In this document: positions 9,491 to 17,893 of the stretch, one piece after another | How the letters are laid out: every line of letters begins with the position of its first letter | How positions within the stretch are numbered: position 1 is the stretch's first letter | Assembly: GCA_963675295.2 (NCBI GenBank) | Contig: CAXXKJ010000002.1 | Coordinates: 992,001 to 1,056,000 of the forward strand | Length of the DNA stretch: 64,000 bases | Source: a bacterium | Lineage (GTDB): Bacteria > Electryoneota > Electryoneia > Electryoneales > Electryoneaceae | Reading direction: 5' to 3' | Made by a program: the position numbers and the translations under genes | Notes under the pieces: generated by a model | The model's database searches: none | Seen by the model: only the letters and a program-made list of their open reading frames with translations | Told to the model about the DNA's origin: nothing

Positions 9491-11671
9491 CTACTTCATC
9501 AGCACCAGCTTGCGCATCTCGGTTTCGGTTCCAGCGGTCGCACGCAGGAAGTACACTCCCGACGCCAGATTTGATCCGTCGACGGTAAATTGATGCTGAC
9601 CTGATCCGTACGGACCGTGCGCCAGTTCACGCACCTGCCGGCCGAGCAGGTCGTAGACACGTACCGTCAGCTCGCTGGCGGACTGCAGCTGCACCGTGAT
9701 CGTGGTCGCGGCGTTGAACGGATTCGGATACGCGGAAACCAGCAGTGGCGATTCCGGCTGGGATGCGTCCGCGATGAACGTGTCGATCAGGCGCACGTCC
9801 CAGTCAGTCACGGCCGGGCCATTTGCCAGCGTGGCGATCTTGGTGAACATGAACTCGTCTCGAGCGACGGCACCGTTCGGGAAGCTGCCGAAACTGACCG
9901 TGTAGCTGTACGATCCCGCCGGTGCGCCGGCCGGAACGAACTGCTGCATTGTCATCTGTACGCTGCCGCTGGCGGGCAGGGTGATGTCTTCGTCGAGAAA
10001 CGCCGGGCCGTAAGTTGATCCGTTCGGCAGCGTGGCCATCGCCCACAGGTCGCCGGTAATCTCGCTGCCGGTCAACGATCCCGCGTTGATGTCGAAGCTG
10101 AACGAGCCACCGTTCGCCGGGATCTCAACAGGCGCGTTCTGCGGCGTCGCGGTCAACAGCACCGGGTGCGTATCGATGGCGAAGAAGTACGTGTTCCCTT
10201 TAGCCCGGATCGCTTCCGCGCTGATCGTGACCCGGTAGTCCTCGCCAGCGACCAGCGGCAGGGTGACGTCGTCCTGGCCTGGATTGTTCTGCGCGGTGAT
10301 GGCCGGGATAATCGGCTGGCCGGTGCCGATGTTGATCACATCAATCGCCCAGGTGTCGCTCCACTCCCAGCCGCTGAGACGCAGGGTCGCGTCAGTGGTA
10401 CGATCCGCGCGGAACCAGTACTGGTCGACATCCGGCGCCACCGGAAGGTTCGGGTCGTAGTTCGGCGCCCAGGTGATGCGTCCCGACAGCCAGCGATCAA
10501 TGCCCATGTCGAGCTGGATTTCGTACGCGAATTCTTCTTCGTCCGGTTCGTCCATGCCACGGTAGACCGCGCGCAGGTCGTCATGCACCGGCATGTGAGG
10601 TACGTCCGCCCGAACCGTGTCAGCGGTCGCCGGGACCGCAACGCCGTTCTGGTGCAGCCACTGGCTCCACAATTCGACGACGCCGTCTCCCGGCGGGTTC
10701 GTTTCAGAAACGGAGGTCAGCCAACGGTACGGAATGTCGGTCGGCAAAGGCATCGCCGGGTTGTCGGTATAGGCATCCGCGCCGGAATTCGCGTACGAGA
10801 CGCCGACGGCGGTGCCAGACTCATTGCCGTCGCAGTTGACGTCCTTGTTCCAGTAACTGAGGAAGCCCCAGCCACTGGCGACATCCTCAGAACCGCCGTA
10901 CAGGTAGACGCCATCATGTTCGGTGTTGAACAGGCCGGTATAGTGCCAGGTTCGCAGGTCACGTGTGGCTTCGCTGGCGCGCACGTCGAACCAGCTTTCG
11001 TCGATGTCGTTCGGTTCGAAACCAACGTAGGCCAGCAGCATCGACCCGTGATGCGGCGTGACCAATGTCGCGACACTGGCGACACGGTGGCCGACATTGT
11101 CATCCCACCAGCGGTGGTTGCCGTTGCCGTCGGTGCGTTGCAGGTACTCGCGGATAGTCAGGCCACCCATCGAATGGCCGACGAGGATTACCTTGTCCGG
11201 CATGCCCGGGATGGCGAGGATGCGGTCGATAATCGAGCCCAGCGCCGCGCCGGTTTTCATGATCGAGGCGGTGTTGGAATACTCGTCGTTGGCATGTCCG
11301 GCGAATGAGGGGAACCCGCGGCGGTCGAAATTGACCGTAAACAGACGGTCGTCACCGTTTGGAGTGATCGGTTCCAGTGCACGAGTTGACCAGGCAACGA
11401 ATGCGGTGTCGGTGGCAACGTTTGAACTGCCGATGTTCTGGTCGGCATTGGCGGAAAAGTGAACAATCACCTCCCGCGAAACCACGCCTTCGTCAATCAT
11501 ATCCAAACGCGGAACAGTCCACGATGCCTGATTTCCAAACAGGCCATGGACAAAGACCACCGGGTAGGGCGGTTCGGCCTTGGCGGGCAACGCCGGGATC
11601 AGCACCATCGCGATCATGAACACGACGGCGACCATCATCCAGCCATTGCCGCAACAATCATTCTTCTTCAT
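9491..11671 (-). CDS. Secreted alpha/beta hydrolase (lipase/PGAP1-like) with pre-CTD domain and CTD
   Basis: PVVFVHGL, GHSMGG nucleophile elbow, TPHHGS, GDGVV; AYPNPFN...RKLVLMK*. Start ATG 11671 after AAGGGG. Confidence 0.88.
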   Translation of the reverse strand: MKKNDCCGNGWMMVAVVFMIAMVLIPALPAKAEPPYPVVFVHGLFGNQASWTVPRLDMIDEGVVSREVIVHFSANADQNIGSSNVATDTAFVAWSTRALEPITPNGDDRLFTVNFDRRGFPSFAGHANDEYSNTASIMKTGAALGSIIDRILAIPGMPDKVILVGHSMGGLTIREYLQRTDGNGNHRWWDDNVGHRVASVATLVTPHHGSMLLAYVGFEPNDIDESWFDVRASEATRDLRTWHYTGLFNTEHDGVYLYGGSEDVASGWGFLSYWNKDVNCDGNESGTAVGVSYANSGADAYTDNPAMPLPTDIPYRWLTSVSETNPPGDGVVELWSQWLHQNGVAVPATADTVRADVPHMPVHDDLRAVYRGMDEPDEEEFAYEIQLDMGIDRWLSGRITWAPNYDPNLPVAPDVDQYWFRADRTTDATLRLSGWEWSDTWAIDVINIGTGQPIIPAITAQNNPGQDDVTLPLVAGEDYRVTISAEAIRAKGNTYFFAIDTHPVLLTATPQNAPVEIPANGGSFSFDINAGSLTGSEITGDLWAMATLPNGSTYGPAFLDEDITLPASGSVQMTMQQFVPAGAPAGSYSYTVSFGSFPNGAVARDEFMFTKIATLANGPAVTDWDVRLIDTFIADASQPESPLLVSAYPNPFNAATTITVQLQSASELTVRVYDLLGRQVRELAHGPYGSGQHQFTVDGSNLASGVYFLRATAGTETEMRKLVLMK

Positions 11672-11794
11672 CTGGATCACCCCTTGGGAGTTCGTGATTT
11701 TCACATTCCGCAAGGTAGGGGATTGAGGCGGCGGGATGTTAGACAGACCTACATCCCGTGTCACGCCCTCTGGAGCCGGGGAGGGTAATACGAT

Positions 11795-11925
11795 GTGCCC
11801 GTGTCTGTTTACAGACGCGGACCTGGAAATGTCGCGTCATCACAGACATGAATGTCTGGGGCACAACTGGATCTTGCCCGTGTTGGCTCAGACAACGCGG
11901 GTTGACCGACGTCGGATGATCCCGG
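11795..11925. repeat. Cluster of REP-like hairpins, including an inverted pair
   Basis: GTGCCCGTGTCTGTTTACAGACGCGGACC (11795-11823); CAGACATGAATGTCTGGGGCAC (11843-11864, opposite orientation); TCTTGCCCGTGTTGGCTCAGACAACGCGGGTTGAC (from 11872). Confidence 0.75.
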
Positions 11926-11964
11926 ACAATACGTGGATGCGAATCACCAGCAAGCAGGAATCTG

Positions 11965-14490
11965 CTACCGGAACGAAATGAGCTTGGTGAAGGTGAACGT
12001 GTCCTGATCATCGATCAGGTCCGGGTAGTGCCCGACGCGCGCATACACCGTATGGGTTCCGGGAGCGGCGGTACCCGGCACCTGGAAACTCAGCCATTCA
12101 CGTGTGAACACCTCCCCGGCGGCGAGTGAAATTGTGTACAGCGGCAATTGGATTTCGTTCCCGCCAGCCGTTTCAATCCAACCCCAGACATCCAGTTCCT
12201 GCGGTTCGTTGAGGGCTTCACGGATCGTGACGTCGAAATAGACCAGCCCGCCTGGCGGCGGGATGACCGTGTACGGATCAAACGGGTCCAACTCGATGGA
12301 ACTGGCGGCTTCATTGCTCACCACCACCGGTCCGGCAGGATCGGATTCGCCGGAATTGAACAATGCAGTGACGGTGTATTCACAGGTGATGTTCGCCGTC
12401 ATGATGTGGGTGAAGGTGGTTTCGGTGGTTTCGCCGAGCAGGGTGTAGGTATCCTTATAGACCCGGTAGTTCAGCAGTTGCATCGGCTCGGTGTATTCGG
12501 GTGGTTGCCAGGACAGGGTGACCGCCGCACGAACCTGCTCGTAGCTGAGGTTTTGTGGTGCTGGTGGCAAGCCGGTCTGAAACCGCCACAGGTTTGACCC
12601 GGCGAGCAGGTACACCTCGCCATCGTGTGCCAGTGCCCGCCGTGGATCGGACAATCCATAGACCGCAGCACGTTCCGTCGGATTGTTCATATTGTGAATG
12701 CCGTACACGATCGCACCGGCGGGACTGGACGTCGTGAACAGGAAATCCGAGCTGATGTGGGCGCCGTAAAAATACTCGACGTCCGGGTTGTCAGCGGAAG
12801 CTGTCAGTATCATGGTCGTTGGATCGGTGGCGTCGACCAGGTTGACGTTTCCGCGTCCGCCGATGGCGACGCGTCCGTTGTCGACATCGAATTCATTTTC
12901 CGTGGTGGATCCATTTTGCAGGTTGAGATTGACCTGGTCAAGCATGACCGGGTCGCCGGGGTTAGCGATCGCGTAACTGTACAGGGATACCGAACCGTTC
13001 ATGCGATACAGGATGTCGGCTTCGGTAACAACACGGTCGGCGTATCCCCACGACTGGGTCTGCGTCAAGTTTGTGAGCAGGTACGGATTGGCCGGATCCT
13101 CGACGTTGTAGACCAGTTTTCCGCTGTTGGCTGAGACAAACAGTCCGCCGTTCCCGTAGCTGAGGCCGCTGTAAATGATCTCTTCGGTATGCGAAAGAAA
13201 TTGCGGGTTCATCGGATCGCTGAGGTCGTAGATGTAGATCCCACGATACTCTGGGCCATCCGGATGTTCGAACACGGACACATACAGCAGCCCATTGGCG
13301 AGTTCAACGTCATACACCTCGCAGCCATCCAGCAGGTGGGTGGATGCGGCTTGTGCCGGGTCGGACCAGTCCACAATCCAGACGCCGCCCCGGTTCGCGT
13401 TCAGCACGAAGACGTCACCCTCTTGTTTCATGTCCGAGAAGCGAACACTCCAGCCCAGTTCGTCGGCGATCAGCGGCAGCGAAGGCGTGGACACGTCGAT
13501 CATCGTCAGCAGCCGTCCCTGCCAGTACGATCCGTACAGGATTGTCGGATCATTCCGGCTCAGGAACAGCCGGCTGAATGATCCGTTCAGGGTTCCAGTC
13601 AGCACGGGGTTGGTTGGATTATTAACGTCGTAGACCACAATCCGGTCCGGGCTGTATTGAGCGATGAAGAGGAAGTTGCCGGAGATGTCGCAGTCGTAGT
13701 TTTCGGCTGTGAAGTCGAACTGATGCACGATCTGAGGAATCGACGGGACAGACGTATCCACAATGAAGCATCTGTTCTGGGCCCAGATGTACGCGCGGTT
13801 GTCCGGCCATTTGACTTTCACATTGCTACCCGTGATCCCCGTAAGGTGGATGAGACCGAGCAGGGACGGGTTCGCGGGATCGCTGATGTCGAGGATTTTC
13901 AGGTAGCCCTGGTGTGTGACCATGACGAGATCACCTTGTCCAGCGATGTCACTGAATGCGAAGTCCGGACTGGTGTAGATAAGGGTGGGTTCGGCCGGGA
14001 TGCTGAGGTCGTAGATAAACATGTCGTTGAACCAGACGGAGGTGAAGAGATAGCCCTCGATCACCTTCATGCATTGCGTCTGGTTGATGTACGTCAACTG
14101 CCGCAGAACCCGCGGATGCTGCGGATCAACGATATTGACCACAACCACGATACGATCCACGTTGGGATCGCCCACCGCGACATACAGGAACTGCTGATAA
14201 ATCGCAAGCTCGAACGCCGCTCCGTAATCCAGTACCCGGTTGACCTCGACCGGTTGCCCGGGCACGGACACATCGAAAATCACCACGCCGCTGTTCGAGG
14301 TCGCGAGGAACAGGTAGTCACCGACCTGTTCGCTGTCGTTGATTGAGCCGTAGGTGTCGTTGAGTGCGACACCGTTGAGGATCAGCCCCTCCTGCTGCAG
14401 GCCAAGTGCGAGAACGGGGCTGGAACAGGCGGTGATCAGTGCCAGCACACCGGCCAGGAATCGGACCATCGTATGATCGCGCGTTTTCAT
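11965..14490 (-). CDS. Secreted LVIVD-repeat beta-propeller protein with FN3 and pre-CTD domain, no CTD
   Basis: Signal peptide; many (I/V)(Y/F)D(I/V)SxPxxP repeats; FN3-like LSWQPP...YRVY...YTVTA; ends DTFTFTKLISFR*. Confidence 0.88.
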   Translation of the reverse strand: MKTRDHTMVRFLAGVLALITACSSPVLALGLQQEGLILNGVALNDTYGSINDSEQVGDYLFLATSNSGVVIFDVSVPGQPVEVNRVLDYGAAFELAIYQQFLYVAVGDPNVDRIVVVVNIVDPQHPRVLRQLTYINQTQCMKVIEGYLFTSVWFNDMFIYDLSIPAEPTLIYTSPDFAFSDIAGQGDLVMVTHQGYLKILDISDPANPSLLGLIHLTGITGSNVKVKWPDNRAYIWAQNRCFIVDTSVPSIPQIVHQFDFTAENYDCDISGNFLFIAQYSPDRIVVYDVNNPTNPVLTGTLNGSFSRLFLSRNDPTILYGSYWQGRLLTMIDVSTPSLPLIADELGWSVRFSDMKQEGDVFVLNANRGGVWIVDWSDPAQAASTHLLDGCEVYDVELANGLLYVSVFEHPDGPEYRGIYIYDLSDPMNPQFLSHTEEIIYSGLSYGNGGLFVSANSGKLVYNVEDPANPYLLTNLTQTQSWGYADRVVTEADILYRMNGSVSLYSYAIANPGDPVMLDQVNLNLQNGSTTENEFDVDNGRVAIGGRGNVNLVDATDPTTMILTASADNPDVEYFYGAHISSDFLFTTSSPAGAIVYGIHNMNNPTERAAVYGLSDPRRALAHDGEVYLLAGSNLWRFQTGLPPAPQNLSYEQVRAAVTLSWQPPEYTEPMQLLNYRVYKDTYTLLGETTETTFTHIMTANITCEYTVTALFNSGESDPAGPVVVSNEAASSIELDPFDPYTVIPPPGGLVYFDVTIREALNEPQELDVWGWIETAGGNEIQLPLYTISLAAGEVFTREWLSFQVPGTAAPGTHTVYARVGHYPDLIDDQDTFTFTKLISFR

Positions 14491-14551
14491 TGTTTTATCT
14501 CGTGTCAACACTGGTAAAGATCAAGTCAGTGTGCTCGTGCCAAATAGTTTA

Positions 14552-14799
14552 TGGACGCGGACCCGGAATCGTCGGATGATCCCTGCTGGCGGAGCCATCA
14601 GGGGCACATGGAAAGTGCCCGTGTCCGCTTGCGGACGCGGACCCGGAAGCGTTGACACCCGGGTCACAGGATGACCCGGGCCACCCGGATTAAAACGGGC
14701 ACTCAACAGTTCATCGTAATTCTTGCCCGTGTTGGCTGTGACAACGCGGGTTGACGGATGTTGGACGATCCCTGCTGGCGCATCCATCTGGGGCACATG
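14552..14799. repeat. Dense REP/REPIN-like cluster
   Basis: GTGCCCGTGTCCGCTTGCGGACGCGGACC (14615-14643); two CCCTGCTGGCG..CCATC.GGGGCACATG copies; CCCGGGTCA-N5-TGACCCGGG; TCTTGCCCGTGTTGGCTGTGACAACGCGGGTTGAC. Confidence 0.8.
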
Positions 14800-14819
14800 T
14801 TACCACCTGATCGATTCGT

Positions 14820-17777
14820 TTACCTCACCAGCGCCAGTTTGCGGATGGCGGTTTCACGGTCACCACTCTGGACCCGGAGATAGTAGACGCCTGATGCCAA
14901 CCCATTTGCATCCCACTCGAGACGATGAACACCAGCGGCGGCAGAACCATTCATCAGTGTCGCGACGCGGCGGCCCGTGATGTCGTAGATCTGCGCCGTC
15001 ACCTCACCAGATTCGGGGAGGGACAGGGTGATTGTCGCGCGCTCGTTGAACGGGTTCGGGTAGGCGGCTACCGCGAACTCGGTGGGCAAGTTATCCGAAA
15101 CGGTTAGCCCATTTTCTGCTGTAGAAGCGTTATCGTTCGCACCATCCGGTGGTTGGTTGGTACTATCCCACCCGGTCAGTGTCCAGCCTTCTGGGCTAAT
15201 CAGGTCTTTAGCTGCGTCTGTTGGCCCGTATGGCGAGCTTATTCCGGGCAACTTTGTAAAATTAAACGAATCGCCTGCAAGGATCAGACTGGGGTGTTCG
15301 CCTGCCAAGGCCTGGTAGGTGTAGGTTCCGGCTGGTGCGGTACCGGGGACGTTAACCACCACCCATGCACGAGTGAGTGTCTGGAATGGATTCAGATGCA
15401 CGTTGAGGTGCTGCAATGGCACTCGATTACCCCCTGATGTTACTGCAGCTGCCCAGACATCGGTGTCAACCGGTGAAGAGGTGATGTTGTGAAGCGACAC
15501 GTGGAAATACACCGGTCCACCGATAGGTGGCACCTGCAGGTAGGGGTCGTAAGGATTCAGCGTGAGTTGCAGAGTCACTGAGAACCAGATTTCGACAGGC
15601 CCAGCGGGTCCGGATTCACCGCTGACATAATCCGCGGTAACAGTGTAATTGTAGGTACCCGTGCTGGTAAGCAAGTCCAGGTAGGAAGTCTCTTCCGTTG
15701 TTGCGATCAAGTTGCCGCTGCGATATACGTTGTAGCCCTGCAACACCAGCGGTGGCTCATACTGCGGTTCCTCCCAGTTCAGATCGACCAGGGCGCCGCT
15801 TTGCTCGGCGGTCAGGGATTGGGGAACAGGCAGTTCGCCGACGATCATTGATGAGTCGAGTCGGTAAGTGCGGGCAACCGCTGCAGCGTAGATGTCGTTG
15901 CCATCCACGAGCACACGATGGAACCACATCGCATTGTGCAGACCGCCAGTGTAAACAGGATCATATGGATACGTGAAATCGTAGATCGAGAATCCGTCGT
16001 AGCGATCGGAAACATAGAGATAGCCGTCCGCGACCAGACCGCCGTAACTGTAGATGTCGTTAAAACCCGTCCTGTGTTGGATGTTTGTAGGATTGGATAC
16101 ATCAAACACTTCAAAGTACTGGTCGTCCCCAGTGACAACCAAGTAGCCATCGTTGTATGACACCTCGTAGTAGATCGAGGCTTGTGAGTTATAGGGATAA
16201 GATGTGTTGTAAGTATCAAGCAGAACGGGTGCAGCCGGATCGGACACGTCGTAGCTGTGAAGATCATCGTTGTCGCCCTGACCGACGACAAAGAGAATAT
16301 CGTCAGCCAATGTGAGCCGGTCTTCTTCACTCCATTGGGTTACTGATCCAATGATGGCTGGGTTCGCGGGATCGCTGATATCGTAAACACCGACGATACC
16401 GTTGGCAGCGATGTAAGCAAAGTCGTCCCCGATCTCGATTTCGTAGATGCTGGATTTAGGTTGATACGTAACAGGCTGGGGGTTGTGCGGATCGCTGACA
16501 TCAAAGATGTGTAAGCCGGTTCTGTCATGATCGCCGCCCAGTTCCCGGCACCCAGCGTATAGATAATCGCCAACCAGTTCCATGTCGGTAATGCGGAATC
16601 CATTCCAGACATAGACGCTAACTGGGTTGTCCGGATCGGTCCAGTCAACCAGCCAGATGCCTTGAGCTCCGGCCGAGTAGACAATCGACCCCAATTTACG
16701 CATGTGAAAGGGCACGAACGTATGGCCGAAGGCATTAACCTGATCTGGATTGAGGTGGTCGGTCAGATCGTAGACCAGGAACAGGTCGTCGTAAACTCTT
16801 GAAGTAGTCTCTACTGCGCCAATAATCAAGTCTTGCGAGGGTGATGCGAAAACAAAATCTTCGATGAAATCAACAGGCGCTTGCCCGGCTTCGATCAAGT
16901 TCAATGGGTCGTTGATGTCATAATAGATCAGGTACGCGCTGGTATAATCATCTGTTATTTGGGATAGTACCAGCCAGTTGTCATTGAACTCGAGGTCATA
17001 GTCTTCTGAATCATCAAGGAAGTACTCATCAGCCAGTGTTGGATTTGAAGGATCGATAATGTCATAGGCACATATGTGGTCGTCACCTGTTTCAGCGATA
17101 TAGAGTGCATTTCCGTTGATGCAAAATTCTGTATAGTTATGGTTGAATCCATAGAGGTTGGACAATTCTAACGGATAACCCGGGTCGCTGACGTCGCAGA
17201 TTTCGATACCATCGGACGTCAACATAACCAGTAGATCCCCTTGCACCTCGATATCGTAGAAGCAATTTCCATCTTCCTGGTACACTATAAATGGATTGGC
17301 TGGATTTGTGACGTTGTAGACACGAACAAATCGATTGTCGAAACTTGTGTCCGTGGTGTACAAATGTCCATTGATGTATTTGATCCTACCCATTTGATCG
17401 CTGACCTCTACTTCAGAAACAATGACGGGATTCATCATGTCTGTGAGGTCATAGATGACAAACGGGTCTATCTGGGGCCAGACAGAATACGACACGAAGA
17501 GATAAGGTTCGGTATAATCGAATGAACGCACCCATCGCATCGGTCCAATTGTAGTGATACGCTGCGGATCAGAGGGATCGCTGATGTCATAGATCGTGAT
17601 CCCCTCATCGCCAACGAACCAGTAGTTACCGACGACCGTCATCTGCTCGATATCGTCGTGCGCCTCCGGCATTGCGGTTTGTTCGAGTGTCAGGCCATCC
17701 AGCACGAGCTGCGCGGATATGGGGTTGGCCAAAAGAATCAAGAGCAAAACGGTGATGAACAACGAGACGCGTTTCAT
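14820..17777 (-). CDS. Secreted LVIVD-repeat protein with FN3, pre-CTD domain and CTD
   Basis: GGAGGGG RBS, signal peptide, LVIVD-type repeats, AYPNPFN...RKLALVR*. Confidence 0.92.
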   Translation of the reverse strand: MKRVSLFITVLLLILLANPISAQLVLDGLTLEQTAMPEAHDDIEQMTVVGNYWFVGDEGITIYDISDPSDPQRITTIGPMRWVRSFDYTEPYLFVSYSVWPQIDPFVIYDLTDMMNPVIVSEVEVSDQMGRIKYINGHLYTTDTSFDNRFVRVYNVTNPANPFIVYQEDGNCFYDIEVQGDLLVMLTSDGIEICDVSDPGYPLELSNLYGFNHNYTEFCINGNALYIAETGDDHICAYDIIDPSNPTLADEYFLDDSEDYDLEFNDNWLVLSQITDDYTSAYLIYYDINDPLNLIEAGQAPVDFIEDFVFASPSQDLIIGAVETTSRVYDDLFLVYDLTDHLNPDQVNAFGHTFVPFHMRKLGSIVYSAGAQGIWLVDWTDPDNPVSVYVWNGFRITDMELVGDYLYAGCRELGGDHDRTGLHIFDVSDPHNPQPVTYQPKSSIYEIEIGDDFAYIAANGIVGVYDISDPANPAIIGSVTQWSEEDRLTLADDILFVVGQGDNDDLHSYDVSDPAAPVLLDTYNTSYPYNSQASIYYEVSYNDGYLVVTGDDQYFEVFDVSNPTNIQHRTGFNDIYSYGGLVADGYLYVSDRYDGFSIYDFTYPYDPVYTGGLHNAMWFHRVLVDGNDIYAAAVARTYRLDSSMIVGELPVPQSLTAEQSGALVDLNWEEPQYEPPLVLQGYNVYRSGNLIATTEETSYLDLLTSTGTYNYTVTADYVSGESGPAGPVEIWFSVTLQLTLNPYDPYLQVPPIGGPVYFHVSLHNITSSPVDTDVWAAAVTSGGNRVPLQHLNVHLNPFQTLTRAWVVVNVPGTAPAGTYTYQALAGEHPSLILAGDSFNFTKLPGISSPYGPTDAAKDLISPEGWTLTGWDSTNQPPDGANDNASTAENGLTVSDNLPTEFAVAAYPNPFNERATITLSLPESGEVTAQIYDITGRRVATLMNGSAAAGVHRLEWDANGLASGVYYLRVQSGDRETAIRKLALVR

Positions 17778-17893
17778 ACTCCCCTCCAGTCGTGATGCGG
17801 ATGATACAGTCTAGCTGACTCTTGCCCGTTGCAGAAGACGACAACGCCGATTGACGGTTGTCTGGATATCCTCGAGCCCTCAGAGGCGCGACC

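Noticed and set aside
14552-14799. CRISPR array
   Set aside because: Repeats differ in sequence and orientation, spacing is irregular, and no cas genes are present.
11795-17893. Integron attC sites between the tandem genes
   Set aside because: No consistent RYYYAAC...GTTRRRY boundaries and no integrase in the window.
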